A stretch of 63,950 nucleotides of DNA, counting the filler. It is 14 parts of 14 records of this genome, joined end to end, with 100 filler letters (N's around TTAATTAATTAA, not from the genome) between each part and the next. Parts side by side here need not be neighbours in the genome. Positions count along the whole stretch, not along the records: positions 7,994 to 14,182 come from SRR7504441_77928; positions 14,283 to 18,135 come from SRR7504441_77959; positions 18,236 to 24,902 come from SRR7504441_78599; 11 more parts are not named here. One strand, written 5' to 3'. Positions 12,275 through 23,945 of this stretch are shown here, piece by piece. Position 1 is the first letter of the stretch, and each line of letters opens with the position of its first letter. A model generated the notes under the pieces. That model was not told the DNA's origin. It worked only from the letters and a program-made list of their open reading frames with translations, and ran no database searches. Both the position numbers and the translations under genes were made by a program.

Positions 12275-13465
12275 ATGCTTGCCTGGACGGGCTGCTGGCT
12301 TCTGCTGGCCTGGACGGGCTGGGCGGGGGCGGTGCTGATCGACAACAGCACCCCGCGGCGGGACTCGCACGGCAACATCCTGAACGCGCACGACGGGCAC
12401 ATCCAGCGGTTCGGCGGCCTTTACTGGCTGGTAGGCACCTCGTACACCCACTGCAACATGACCGACGCCACCTCCTGCCTTGGCACCTGCGGCTGGCCTG
12501 CAGTCGGGCAGCCACCGAGCCAGTGCGGCTACCCGATTTCGCCGGGGGCGGTGCCCAACCATCCGGCCTGTGGATGGACCAACAACGACTTGGCCGCCTA
12601 CTCGTCGCCGGACCTGCGCAACTGGACCCTGCGCAACCCGTCGCTGCTCCCAGCCGACCGCCGGCCGAACGGAATCTACTTTCGGCCTAAGATGATTTAT
12701 AATGCGCACACTGACCGGTATGTGCTCTGGTTCAACTTTGTGACCGAAGGGGCTGGGCAGTACTGTGCCACAAACTTCCCCAACTGCTGGTCCACCTACG
12801 GCACCGCCACCAGCGCCAGTCCCGACGGGCCGTTTGAGATCGCGCAGCTGCCCGTGCTGATGGGCACTCGGAACGCCTCCTACGCGCATGGAGATTTTGC
12901 GCTGATGGTTGACGGTCCTGCTGCGTACATTGTGTACAATGCTTACGACCACCGTGGGGCTGGCCAGCACTCCAACTCTGTGGACTTGCTCAGTCCGGAC
13001 TTCACCAGCTCGACCAAGAAGACCAGCGGTTTCTTTGCAGAATGGAACAATGGGTCGGACAGCGGCGGCGATGAGGCCCAAGTGCTGTTCAAGCGGGGCA
13101 GCGTTTACTATGCAATAATTGCCTCGGGCTGTTGCTTCTGCTCGGCGGGCAGCTCTGCCATTGTGTACACCGCTGCCGCTCCGCTCGGGCCCTACATAGC
13201 TGCAGGATATGACATCCAGCAGAAGAATGGCTCGGCAACTGGCAGCCGAACAATCCCAGCCCAGCAAAGCTTTGTGGTTGCTCTTGACACAGCAAGCGGT
13301 GTGCAGCACATGTGGGGAGGCGACCGTTGGCAGTCGGCGCCAGATGGGTTCAAGAGCCACGACTACCAGGCGTGGGTTCCTATGAACTTTGGTCCAGATG
13401 GCGCGATCAAGCCACTTGAATGGCTGAAGCAGTGGACGGTCGACTTGCAATTGACGTCCGGCTGA
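12275..13465 (+). CDS. Secreted glycoside hydrolase family 43 (beta-1,3-galactanase-like beta-propeller)
   Basis: Signal peptide; NAHDGHI...YWLVG, YSSPDLRNW, RPKMIYN...YVLW, HGDFALMVD, EAQVLFKRG, IPAQQSFV, WGGDRW. Intronless. Confidence 0.85.
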   Translation: MLAWTGCWLLLAWTGWAGAVLIDNSTPRRDSHGNILNAHDGHIQRFGGLYWLVGTSYTHCNMTDATSCLGTCGWPAVGQPPSQCGYPISPGAVPNHPACGWTNNDLAAYSSPDLRNWTLRNPSLLPADRRPNGIYFRPKMIYNAHTDRYVLWFNFVTEGAGQYCATNFPNCWSTYGTATSASPDGPFEIAQLPVLMGTRNASYAHGDFALMVDGPAAYIVYNAYDHRGAGQHSNSVDLLSPDFTSSTKKTSGFFAEWNNGSDSGGDEAQVLFKRGSVYYAIIASGCCFCSAGSSAIVYTAAAPLGPYIAAGYDIQQKNGSATGSRTIPAQQSFVVALDTASGVQHMWGGDRWQSAPDGFKSHDYQAWVPMNFGPDGAIKPLEWLKQWTVDLQLTSG

Positions 13466-13936
13466 TGTACGAAGCTCGCTCGAGGTCATATCGAGGGGTA
13501 CTCGTCATGGGATAATTATGCATCATGATGATGGATGATCATGGCAGCTAACGACGAGCGCGTCTGGCCCGCCACATCTGATCATGTTCATGATCGTATA
13601 GAGGAGTATTATGCACACAATGTCAACACAATGATTGTCATGTATACAATGTCATGCAGTCATTCATAAGTATACGAATTCGCACTGCCAGTTTAGTTTA
13701 AGTTTAGTTATCATTGTTGGTAACACGGCTATTGCTCAAGTATGGCAAATTGATGCCCGGGATCTTGTATACGCCTTCGAGCTCAGGGCGCACTTGCAAA
13801 GCGAGTCGCTCTGAGTAATAGCTGCGGTTGGCATCATGGATCCTTGGATTCAACGGAACCTTCTCATAATAGCCGGGGGCTATCTCGACAGCACTGGTGT
13901 GGATCCTTGGGCTCAAGTCAGCAGCTTCGCGCACTC

Positions 13937-14182
13937 TCAGTACATGTTTAGGCGGTGAAGGCGGCTCCACCGGAGAGCAGCCATCGATCCCCCCGGTGAC
14001 TCACAACCATACATAAACGACTCAGTCTTTCGTGAATGGCCATGAAGATCACAGAAAAAGACAGCCCGCTTTGCATTCTCGATCAGATATTTCTTGAGGT
14101 GATAGATTGCGGGAGTCATTGATGGGCTTGGGTGGCGCCACTGCCTATTAAGGGGTACTGGCCCAGGCCCCTGTCCCATTCG
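13937..14182 (-). CDS. Fragment of a cytosolic carboxypeptidase (M14, CCP/Nna1 tubulin deglutamylase-like)
   Basis: LNRQW..P and FCDLHGHSRK..FMYGC motifs; 5'-partial and stops early. Confidence 0.6.
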   Translation of the reverse strand, partial: RMGQGPGPVPLNRQWRHPSPSMTPAIYHLKKYLIENAKRAVFFCDLHGHSRKTESFMYGCESPGGSMAALRWSRLHRLNMY

Positions 14183-14282
14183 NNNNNNNNNNNNNNNNNN
14201 NNNNNNNNNNNNNNNNNNNNNNNNNNTTAATTAATTAANNNNNNNNNNNNNNNNNNNNNNNNNNNNNNNNNNNNNNNNNNNN

Positions 14283-14795
14283 TTGGACATATGTCTTCTA
14301 AAGTTGGTACTGCGAGCTACAGTCTACTCTAGACGGCTCGTGCTCTGTCATAGCCCATCGTCGGGTTCGTCAAACCCTCGTGCGGTGGCCGACCGGTTCT
14401 CAGTCTCAACGGACCTCCGCTCCATCCCGGGGCTGCTGGCTGGGCTCTGCCCGCTCCACTTGGGGTCCACGTTGAAGCTCCCAGTGTCGATCGACTTGAG
14501 CAGTCCGGCGTATTCGGCCTCCTGCCCCGCCCCGCTCCCGAGCGCGGCCCGAGCGCCTGCACACCACTTCCTCCACGCACAGCCTGGTCGGCTCCTGCCC
14601 CTCGAGCTCCAGGCCGGTGGGCGAGGCCGGCTCTGGCTCGAATCGGTTCCTGTGCGGCATGCACCTGCCGGGAGGCTCGGCCCGGAGAATCTGGCCGGGC
14701 TACTTTGCGAACCAGCGGCTGCTGATCCGCTTGACCCGCTGCTTGATCTGATCCGCCCGGGCCTTGATGCCAGCCAGGCGAGGCCGGTCGGTCAT
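14283..14795 (-). CDS. Hypothetical protein, 3'-partial, spliced
   Basis: ATG at 14795 (MTDRPRLAGIKARADQIKQRVK...) followed by short GT-AG introns; divergent from CCDC22. Confidence 0.35.
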
Positions 14796-14857
14796 GGTTT
14801 ATGCCCGCGATGCCCGCGGCCGGAGCGCCAGACAGGAGCCACACAGCCTGCTGAGAA

Positions 14858-14873
14858 GCCGTTGGACAACGGC
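14858..14873. promoter_or_regulatory. Inverted pair of MYB-like sites (GCCGTTG-GA-CAACGGC) in a bidirectional promoter
   Basis: Perfect 7-bp inverted repeat midway between divergent ATGs at 14795 and 14913; the same core recurs at other promoters. Confidence 0.4.
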
Positions 14874-14912
14874 ACCACTCCACACTCAGTCCGACTCAGC
14901 TCGGGGCAGGCC

Positions 14913-17747
14913 ATGGAGGAGGTGGGGAATAGGGCGGGCCCAACTGACGAGGCGATGGCAGGTGGACAACATCTTGCTGCTCTCGCTCCGGCAGTCCGGC
15001 TGGTCCGGCCCGCCCGCCGCCCCGGCTGAGCCGGCCGCAGCGAGGTGCCGGACGAGATCCTGCTCATGGGCGAATTCACAGTCGAGCTGCTCTTCGGGTG
15101 CCGGCCGCCGAGGGGGGGGGGGGACCGGCGGGCAGCTGTTGCGCCCGGCTGCTCCAGCTGATCGACGATGGGCTCAATTTCCCCAAGCAGTGCGCCCCCG
15201 CCCCGGCCGGCTGCCTGAGCGGCCCGGCAGGATCCCGACCGAGGAAACCATGTCCTCACGGTCCGCCCTCGCCCGCCCCGGGCCCGCTCACCCGCGGCCA
15301 GATTCCGGGTCTGCACCAACATGGCTACCGCCGTCTCGCAACTCGGGTTCCCGGTACCTCTAGCGCCGGCGGCCAGTGGGTGAGCCAAGGTCCAGGGCGA
15401 GCTGGGCTACAATCAGTTCATGTACCCGAACGGCAAGGAGACCCGCGAGATCCTGCGGTGCCGGCCCGCCGGCCCGCGCGCTAGCCCGCCCGGCAGATTC
15501 CTGGTGGACGCGGTCCCGAAAGACGAAGAGGAGGAAGTTGAGGAGGTTCCTCCATAGCGATTCGCGCTCTCAATTGCCCGCAGGTTCTGGGCCCAAACGC
15601 TGTGCGGAACAGGGCGATTCTGGCCTCATTGGCCGAGTGGGCACGGTGCGCTGGCTGCTGGCGCAGGGCTGAGCCTTGGTGTGGCAGCAAGCCTTGGTTC
15701 CCGCGCAAGCTGCTGCCCCCAGATGTGCAGCTCAGAAAGCTCCACGCATGCCCGCTCGAGTACCCGGCCAGCGACGAGCCGTCCATGGCCAGGGAGGCCT
15801 ACCACCGCGAGGCGCGCCATCCGGTGCCGGGTGACTGACTGCCGTGGCAGGGTTTGGCTGTGTTGCCCTTGCAGCCGCCCTGTCGGCGCGACTTGGCGCC
15901 CTCGGTGCTGCAGTGTGTGGCGCTCATGGCCGCGGGCGAGGACCCGGTGGGTGTGGGGCTGGACCAAGACGAGGCCACGCCGGGCCCTGGCAGCTCCAGG
16001 GGCAACAAGGCCGAGCGCAAGGTCGCTGGCTGAGCCGGGTCATACTGACTCGAGGTCAGGCGAGGGTGATGCGGGCGTTCCGTACTGCCAAGTCCGGTGA
16101 TTGGCAGCGCCCAGGGAGCAGATTGGTGAGCCGTTGGCAGGGCCGCCCAAGCTGTCCGAAGACTCTGGGCTCGAGGATCTTCTGGCTGAGGCCGGACTGC
16201 ACAGCAAGGGTAGCTGGTCCAGCCTGCTGATGGCTGACCCAGATCAGGCAAGGGCGCCGGCTCGGCTTTTAGCCATCAGAACGACTTTGCACAGGCACGG
16301 TCGCAGCTGGGCGGCTGGCTGACATCTGCTTCAGGAGAAGCAGGGAGCAGGGGTCAACCTGGCTGCAGCTGCTGACCTGCAGCTGGGCGACGCGGAGGCA
16401 GCGGCGGAGACAGCAGCACCTGCCAAGACCAAGCTGCCATCTAAGCAACAGCAGGAGGAGCTGCAAGCCGAGCGGGAGAAGCAAGTCGCGGCGCTGCAAG
16501 AGACGTTGAGCAGTCTAGAGTCCACATGCCAGATTCTGGCTCGATCTATAGACAAAAGGAAGGGCCAAATACGGTGCGGGAGAGCTCTTGGCCTGAGGCT
16601 GAGCGGGGCGCAGCAATATGGAGCTGGATCTGGGCCACGAGGAAGAGGAATCGCAGCAGCTGCGAGAGGTGGGCAGGATGGCTGATTCTGTGCCTGAGCC
16701 AGCCGGCAGAATTATCGTGTGACTAAGAGAACTTTTGAGCTTCTTCCAGATATTGAGAAGAACCTTCAAGGCCTCAGACAGATCACCGCTGAATCTGCCA
16801 AGAAGCTGATGCAACTAGCCTCAGAATGGGAAGCACACCGACGACCGCTGATCGAAGAGTATAGGAATAAGAAGGCTCAGGTGTGTTGGCCGGATTGCAA
16901 ATCAGCTAAGCAGCGGTGCCAGTTGTACAGCCGCAAGATGGAATTCGACGCTAAGGTGGAGAAAATCAAGAGCATGAGGCGGCAGATGAAGGCGATGCTA
17001 CAGGACTTGCAGGTGAGGCGCATGGCTGGCTAGTGGATGACTGGTCGGGTGGTTAGGCCAAGGAAGAACGATACAAGCAGCTGCTGGAGGAGTATGAAAA
17101 GCTGCCTCAGAATCTGAACAGGGTGTGTGGTCTAGCTAGTGGAGGCTGAACTAATTACAGGTGACTTTCATCTCAAGGATCCAGGAGATGGTACAGAAGG
17201 TGCCTTGCTGGCCGGGCTTGGATCAGTCTCGGTCTGTAGGTGCGGAAGCAGAATGCAATCATCGACCAGCACTTAGTGGACACCAGAGCGCTCCAGCTGG
17301 ATATCAACAGCACCTCGGACAAACTCAACCGGTGCAGCACTCGGCTGTGCAGCTCGACGCGCGGTGCTTGCAGGTCGTATGCAGCTACCGACAGCAGGGC
17401 CTATAACGACATTGGCAAGAACGAAGAGTCCAAGCAGTTGTACAAGAACGTAGCCCAGATCCACCAGCTGTACACGTCGTCTCTGGATGAGCTCGAACAG
17501 GTGATTCTGCACTGTTGATTTGGCGCTGAGCCCGTTGCAGATTAATCGGATTGCGCACGAAAAGTACAACCTTGAGTCGAATGTGAAGCAGCTGCAGGAA
17601 ATGAGGATTGATCTCGACCAAGTGACCAAGGTGAGTCTGCAGACAGCCCAGTGGCTGAACTAAGTTGTGGCGTGGAAGGATTTGTCGCAAGTCCGATCGG
17701 AAAACAAAGCTCTTGTAAAGAAGCTTGGTCTCAAGAACAAGACGTGA
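14913..17747 (+). CDS. CCDC22: CCDC22 (CCC/Commander complex subunit)
   Basis: Spliced N-terminus MEE|VDNILLLSLRQSG..., ELGYNQFMYP, coiled coil, ELLPDIEKNL...LMQLASEWEAHRRPLIEEYR, DTRALQLDINS. Roughly 20 short introns. Confidence 0.9.
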
Positions 17748-18367
17748 AAGCTAGCCTGGACATAGCCTGGACATTAGCATAACCATAGGCAGGCATAATC
17801 ATAGAGCTGGCTTGTACGAAGTGTGTTCGTAGCGGTGCTTAGCGGTGCTTTGCTAGAATTCATGTCGCTCACCTGCGGCGGATCTTGAAGAGAGCTCTGC
17901 TAAACTAGACTATGCTTGACCTATGCTTGACCTTTGTTATCTAACATTACGTAATTCTGACTGAAATCATGGTGAAATCAGAGATCGTAGCTTCTCGTAG
18001 CGTGAAGCTCGGCACCGAACCGGCCGGCTCGTCGTTGTGGATGATTGTGTAGACGGGAGGAGATGTGAGTTTGGGGTTGTTGGCGGAGCTGAGTGGGCGT
18101 GGAAGAGTGCCGTGTTGGGCAGCGCCAGCTAGCGCNNNNNNNNNNNNNNNNNNNNNNNNNNNNNNNNNNNNNNNNNNNNTTAATTAATTAANNNNNNNNN
18201 NNNNNNNNNNNNNNNNNNNNNNNNNNNNNNNNNNNCTCGTCACACATGCCCGAGTCAAGCCTGCCGTGCTCCCTAGAACTGCCCAACCGTCCTGATGTCC
18301 TCAACGGTCTGGAAACGGCTGACGGTATCACCAGAGAACGTCCTGTGCGCTGCAGTGAGCAGCTCGC

Positions 18368-21189
18368 ATGGAGTCAGGCGAGGAGGAGGAGCCCGGAGGC
18401 TTCACCGCGGGGTGTGCGCACATGCGGGCGATCGACGTCGAAGCACTCAGAAAGTGTCTCAGCGCGCCGGACGTCCAGCGTCGGCTGACCGAACAGGACA
18501 TCTGCTGCCAGGACTGCGACACGGTCATGCCCGCCGTCTGGCTGTGCACCTCTGCCGGCTGCCTGTACAGAGGGTGCGACAGCCACATGGCGGCCCACTG
18601 CGCCGAGCGCGGTCACCCGACCCGGCTGCTGCTGTCCCGCGGCACGGTTTATTGCCAGCAGTGCAGCGAAACAGTCTACTGCGACACTAGTGCGGCTGCC
18701 GGGCTGGGCGAGGTGATCAGATTGCTCCGCGGGCGGGGGAACAGCACAGTGCGGATCCTCGAGGGCAGCCACGTCGCAGCCGCTGCCGGCCGCCGTGGGC
18801 TCAAAAACCTTGGAAACACCTGCTACATGTCGGCGGCGCTGCATGCGCTCAGCAACTGCCCGCCTCTGTCGAGGTGAGCTGCACCCTGGCCGGGCGGGGC
18901 TCAGCCAGGGGCAGGTACCTGCGGGTGGTTGGGGAGCTGGTCAAGGACCTCCCGTCGGAGCAGCCGCTCCTGCACAGCTGCGCCAGGCTGCTCAGAGAGC
19001 TCTGGGACACGGACGAGGTAGGCGTGGTCAGCCCGACCCACCTGCTCCAGCATATTCGAAAGGCAAACAGGGCGTTCCGAAACCGCGACCAGCACGATTC
19101 GCACGAGCTGCTCCGGTGGCCGGCTGTGTTTGCTCGGGTCTGATCGAGGGGCAGGTGGTTGCTCGACGCCCTGCACGAGGAGAGCCAGACCACAGAGCCG
19201 GCCGAGCCGTCCAACGGAACGGTCCCTGGGGCGCAGGCCGAGGACGGGCCCAAGCCTGTGCCGCGCTCTGTGTTCTCTGAAGTGTTCAGAGGCGAGCTAG
19301 TCTCCGAGTGCCGCTGCCTGTCGTGCGGGCATGTGTCCAGGACATACGAGCCGTACACAGACCTATCGCTCCCGATACCTGATAAACGGCTCCGGACTAA
19401 GCTGATCCAAGAGCTCGAGATCGAGCCCGAGGTGCCCAGCCGGTGCAGCGCTGCTGATGGGTCGGTGCAGGATCCCGGCCCGGCCAAAGCGCGCGGCTGG
19501 TTTTCATCGTGGTTCCAGTGTGGCAGATCACGGGCGGCCCCACCCACGCCGCCGCTCAGGCTGGATAGCTGCCTGGCCGTGTTCTTCCGGATGGAGTGTC
19601 TCACGGGCGATGAGCGGATAGAGTGTGACAAGTGCAAGCAGAAGGTCGAAATAGAGAAAAGCTTAAAGATATCCAAGTGAGCCCGCCAACCGGGGCGAGC
19701 TGACAGTGTGCTGCGCCCAGGCTGCCTCCAGTGCTCTGCCTGCATGTGAAGCGGTTCAAATACACCAGCACAGGCTCAGCGATCAAGTTGACCGACAGCC
19801 TGGAGTACCCACAGAAGGGACTAGACATCAGTCAATTCTGCCACCTGGACTGCGACACAGGCGAACCCTCCGGCGAAGTGCCGCTGTATTCGCTGTTTGG
19901 TCAGTTCTGCTCCTGTCTCGGCGCTGACTGCGTGCGCAGGGGTGGTGAGCCACACCGGTGGGTGCAATTCGGGGCATTACGTGGCGTACTCACTGAACTA
20001 TGCCGACCACAACTGGTGCGCTGGCCAAGCGCTGACGACCGACAGGTTCGGTCCGGCAGGTACTGCTTTGATGACTCGAAAGTGACTCGAATCGACAGCA
20101 GCGGCCTTCGCAAGTGCGAGCTGGTGGCCTGAGCTCCGGTTAAGCTCATGTGCAGGGTCGAGCCCTACATGCTGTTTTACACACGCTGTGGCGACACGCA
20201 CAAAATGCAAGAGCGGCGGCGTCTCATGCTGCTACTTGAGAGTTTACCTGCGTCCCTCTCGAATAAGCAGGTGCGTCGGGGCAGGCCTGCATGTGGAGCT
20301 TACTTTGGGAGCAGGACAACTTTTTGGTCTGCGCGGAGTGGTTTGCAAAGTGGAGCTGCCTGGATAATGTGCGTGTAGATGAATTGAATGCCCCGTTTCT
20401 AACACTGGAGGCGACAGGCTGGACAAATGCCCCACTCCAAGTTCTTGTGCCCACATGGCTGCACCAATATTGCAACGTTGCAGGCGCTTCGCAACTTGTT
20501 TGTCGAGGTCTCGACCACTTGCTTTGTTACTTGCCTGATCAACTATCGACGGCAGGTCCCGCCAACGCTATGGAACATGCTGCAGCAAAGCCACAGGGGG
20601 AGCATATCAATCGGGTCCAAGCTGTGGCAGCACACGTGTCCCGCCTGTGAACAGGTGGCTCCACGATTGCTCAATGCAGTGACTGCCTGCACCTCAGACC
20701 TTGCAGAAGGAGCGCGAGCGCCGCGAACACGAAAAGCAGGTCATTCACGCCTCCGACAGCGCCGTGCTCGACGCGAGCAAGGCACGCATCCGGCACAGGC
20801 AGCAGATGAGCTCTTGCTTTGGCAGGGAACAAGCTACTGGTATATAATCTCATCGAACTGGCTCCACCTGTGGAGAGTGTACTCTGCCACGGGCTCAACC
20901 GCTCCGCGACCTGGTGACTGCTCTGGCGTTCCAACGGACTGATCTTGGCGCTCCAGGGCCGGTTTTAAATGATGTGCTGCTGGATAGCGACGGAGAACCG
21001 CTGGCTGGATTGCAGCGAGTCCAGGTGGCAAAGCTGAGGCTCGCCTTGCTGAGCTGGGCTGTGCAGCACTATAGGGGGATTAATGAGAGGACTTGGAACC
21101 TGTTCGTAGAGTTCTACGGCGGAGGCCCCGTCATAAGAAGGAAAGTGCTCGATATCTACGGAGATTCAGGAGAGGCTAGTGCAAGCTAA
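18368..21189 (+). CDS. Ubiquitin-specific protease USP20/USP33-like (ZnF-UBP, USP, DUSP)
   Basis: N-terminal Cys/His zinc finger, GLKNLGNTCYMS, QHDSHE, LCLHVKRF, HTGGCNSGHYVAY, and C-terminal DUSP (WYIISSNW...PGPVLN...YGGGP). Many short introns. Confidence 0.88.
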
Positions 21190-21486
21190 GTCAACACTGG
21201 GCGGACCTAGCAATAATTACGAGTGCTGCTGCGCAAAGTAGCAGCTTAACTAAGTTCCAACCGAGCTCATGCACACCTCGGATTAATTGTTCGAAGCTGA
21301 CTCAAATAAACTGAGTTATGTGGGTTGCCCTCACTCGTAATGAATGTACAGTACTTACACTACACAAGTATCACACAACTACTTTGAATACTTATGCTCG
21401 GTAACTAACTAACTTATCATGATACAGTGAGGAGTATGTACGTAGTAGTAAGTACTTTGTACAGCTGCACAGCACAACCTGACCTC

Positions 21487-21891
21487 TTAGCGTTTGGCGA
21501 GCTCCAGGTTGGCACCCCGCAGGTCAGCACCCTCGAGGTTGGCGCCCTGCAGGTCAGCACGCTGGAGATTGGCGGTCCCGAGGTCTGCACCCTGCAGGTT
21601 GGCGCGCTGTAGGTTCGCATCGGAGAGGTTTGCCCCTTTCAAGTTTGCACCCGCGAGGTCCGCGCCCTCGAGGTCTGCACCGTGGAGGAGGGCGGCTGAG
21701 AGGTCGGCACCAGAGAGGATGGCATCGCGGAGGTTGGCACCCTGCAAGTCAGCCTGCCGAAGGCCGGCAGCCTTCAGGTTGGCGCCCGCGAGGTCTGCGC
21801 CCTGGAGAGCTGCACTCCGGAGGTTGGCTCCCGAGAGCTCTCTATTCTCCAGCTTCTCCAGGTCATGCTTGTCTTTGATGACCACAGGCAT
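21487..21891 (-). CDS. Pentapeptide-repeat protein
   Basis: About 22 tandem A(D/N)Lxx repeats; ATG at 21891; intronless. Confidence 0.9.
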   Translation of the reverse strand: MPVVIKDKHDLEKLENRELSGANLRSAALQGADLAGANLKAAGLRQADLQGANLRDAILSGADLSAALLHGADLEGADLAGANLKGANLSDANLQRANLQGADLGTANLQRADLQGANLEGADLRGANLELAKR

Positions 21892-22020
21892 CGCTCGAAC
21901 CCCACCTACCTGTGAGGGCGCCGCAGGTCGCACGAGACGTTGCGGCCGTGAGAGCCGTTATAAACGTTGGGGCGAACAGTGCTGCAAGTGCACTCAGAGC
22001 GGCGTTGGCGGCAGCTCGGG

Positions 22021-23616
22021 ATGGCTGACCACAGGCTGACATACTCGAGCGCCGCGGGCATGCAGCCGCAAGTGGTGTTGCACAATCCGGACTGCAAGTG
22101 GGGCTGCGGGTACCTCAGCTTCGACAAGCGCTGCCTCAGGGCGCACCAGTCCCAGTGCGATGCCCGGCCGCCTCCGGCCCAGTCCAGGCCTGTGCCCGGT
22201 CAACCAGACAAGCCTGCAAAAGTGGCCGTGAACGACGAAATCGAGCTGTTCTTTGGAGAGGCTGGCAGCGCGGGCGCCGCCGGTTGGTACGCTGGCCGGA
22301 TTGTCAAGGTGCTCAAGCGGCTGGCACCTGAGCCGACGGTGAATATTCGCTGGGCCGATGGCTCGGGGACATGGAAGCGGGTGGACCTGTCCGAGTACGA
22401 CTGGAGGCCAAAGCAGCAGGCCGGCGGACGACCGACCCCAGGAGCCGACACCCCGCGGACTCCAGCTCCCGCCGCAAAGAGGCCCGCGGTCAAAAAGCCT
22501 GCGGTAACAACAAGTGCAGCCCCGCCACAGCACTATGAAAGATGGGAATTTCCCGATGACTCTGACATGTATGACTTATACTCAGATGACTGCAGCGAGG
22601 ACGAGCCAGGCGGTCGGCGCGCTGCGAAGGGCGTGCACCGCGCCAAACGGAGAGCCAACAAAGAGGATCAAGAGGAATCCCCAAAGAAGAGACCGGCCGT
22701 GAGCAGGCCGAACAAAGCCACGAATGGCCCTGCTCCGGCACAGACCGGGCTGAAACCTGGGAACCGGTCTGCGAACCTCGAGCTGCTGCTCGATCAAGCA
22801 AGAAAGCAGGAGGATTTCCTCAAGAAGAAGCTAGACAGTCAACAAACGAGGGCAGAGGAGGCCGAGCAGAGAGAATCAGCGCTGGTCTGGCAGCTGAACC
22901 AGAGGCCGGATGCCAGTTCGGAGGTCGAGGAGGCGACTCCAAGGCCTCAAGAAGCGAGTAAGTCTCTGAAGCGCGAGCTCCAGGATCTTACAAAGAAGCT
23001 TGCTAGGGAACAAAGCAGTGTTGCAATGCTCAGAAACAAGACTGTGGAACTGCGCCAAGAGATTTCGAAGAATGAGGCGGTGATTAGTCAGCTGCGCGAG
23101 AAGAACGTGAAGCTGGAGAAAGATCGCCATTCGTGTAGGTGGGAAAAGCGTCAGATTGAAGCTCTGAAAGAAGAGAACGAAGCGCTGAAGAGCGGCCCAC
23201 CGTACACAGGCTTTAAAAGCAAACTCATGGCGACGTGTAAAGGGTTACGCCAAGAGAACGCTACATTACGCCAGGAGAATGTGCAGTTAAAGAACGACGG
23301 GAGAGGATTGCGCGAGAGAATGATGCAAGATCAGTCGACGGATGCATCTGTAAATGACAAATTTGTAACTAGAGTGAAGGAAACAATGACAAAACTTGTT
23401 ACCAGGATCGGCAGTGAGATACAATTGACGCGCCCGGATGACCCAAGCAACTTGGCTGGGGGCCTTGAATTCAACCAGGATTGGCAGTGGATTGAGGAGA
23501 AGAAGAAGAAGCGGAAGGAGCTGCTCATGTTCTTTCACCCAGACAAGTGGGCAAGGGTCCGCGAGCTAGGGTGGATCGCAGAGGAGGTGATCAAGGTCAT
23601 ACCCGACGAAATCTAA
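22021..23616 (+). CDS. Hypothetical protein: Tudor-like domain, coiled coil, C-terminal J-domain-like HPDK motif
   Basis: Intronless ORF; GWYAGRIVKV...VNIRWADGS; long heptads; KKRKELLMFFHPDKW. Confidence 0.65.
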   Translation: MADHRLTYSSAAGMQPQVVLHNPDCKWGCGYLSFDKRCLRAHQSQCDARPPPAQSRPVPGQPDKPAKVAVNDEIELFFGEAGSAGAAGWYAGRIVKVLKRLAPEPTVNIRWADGSGTWKRVDLSEYDWRPKQQAGGRPTPGADTPRTPAPAAKRPAVKKPAVTTSAAPPQHYERWEFPDDSDMYDLYSDDCSEDEPGGRRAAKGVHRAKRRANKEDQEESPKKRPAVSRPNKATNGPAPAQTGLKPGNRSANLELLLDQARKQEDFLKKKLDSQQTRAEEAEQRESALVWQLNQRPDASSEVEEATPRPQEASKSLKRELQDLTKKLAREQSSVAMLRNKTVELRQEISKNEAVISQLREKNVKLEKDRHSCRWEKRQIEALKEENEALKSGPPYTGFKSKLMATCKGLRQENATLRQENVQLKNDGRGLRERMMQDQSTDASVNDKFVTRVKETMTKLVTRIGSEIQLTRPDDPSNLAGGLEFNQDWQWIEEKKKKRKELLMFFHPDKWARVRELGWIAEEVIKVIPDEI

Positions 23617-23945
23617 TTACGGGCCATGGCCGTACTAGTACTTGTACGAGTATTAAACTTGTCAATGAATGAGTTCAGTTGGATTTAGAGTTGAAAAGAT
23701 TAAGTGCATCCGGCCAGAGCGAATGAAATCAAGTAATTTATAAATGAAAATCTCGGATATGGACTGGACTGTGCTTTAAAGTATGACATGTATCAAAGCC
23801 CTCGTATGAGTACGTATGAGTACAGTAATACATGAGTACGTAGATCTCCAGATTTGAAGCCACCAAACAGTTAGCTTGCTAATAATGATACAAAGGCAGT
23901 ACAAAGGTAAAATAAAATCAGGCAGGGTTTTGAGTGCATCGAGCA

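Noticed and set aside
12239-13489. 416-aa antisense ORF over the GH43 gene, and many similar overlapping ORFs
   Set aside because: Expected shadow ORFs in GC-rich coding DNA; no recognisable motifs.
14913-17747. Frequent in-frame stops and frame changes suggesting an alternative genetic code or pseudogenes
   Set aside because: They fall inside short GT/GC-AG introns, and TAA, TAG and TGA all act as true terminators.
21487-21891. Pentapeptide repeat as a Qnr-like resistance gene or mobile DNA
   Set aside because: Generic A(D/N)Lxx repeats are common in protists, and there is no mobile-element context.
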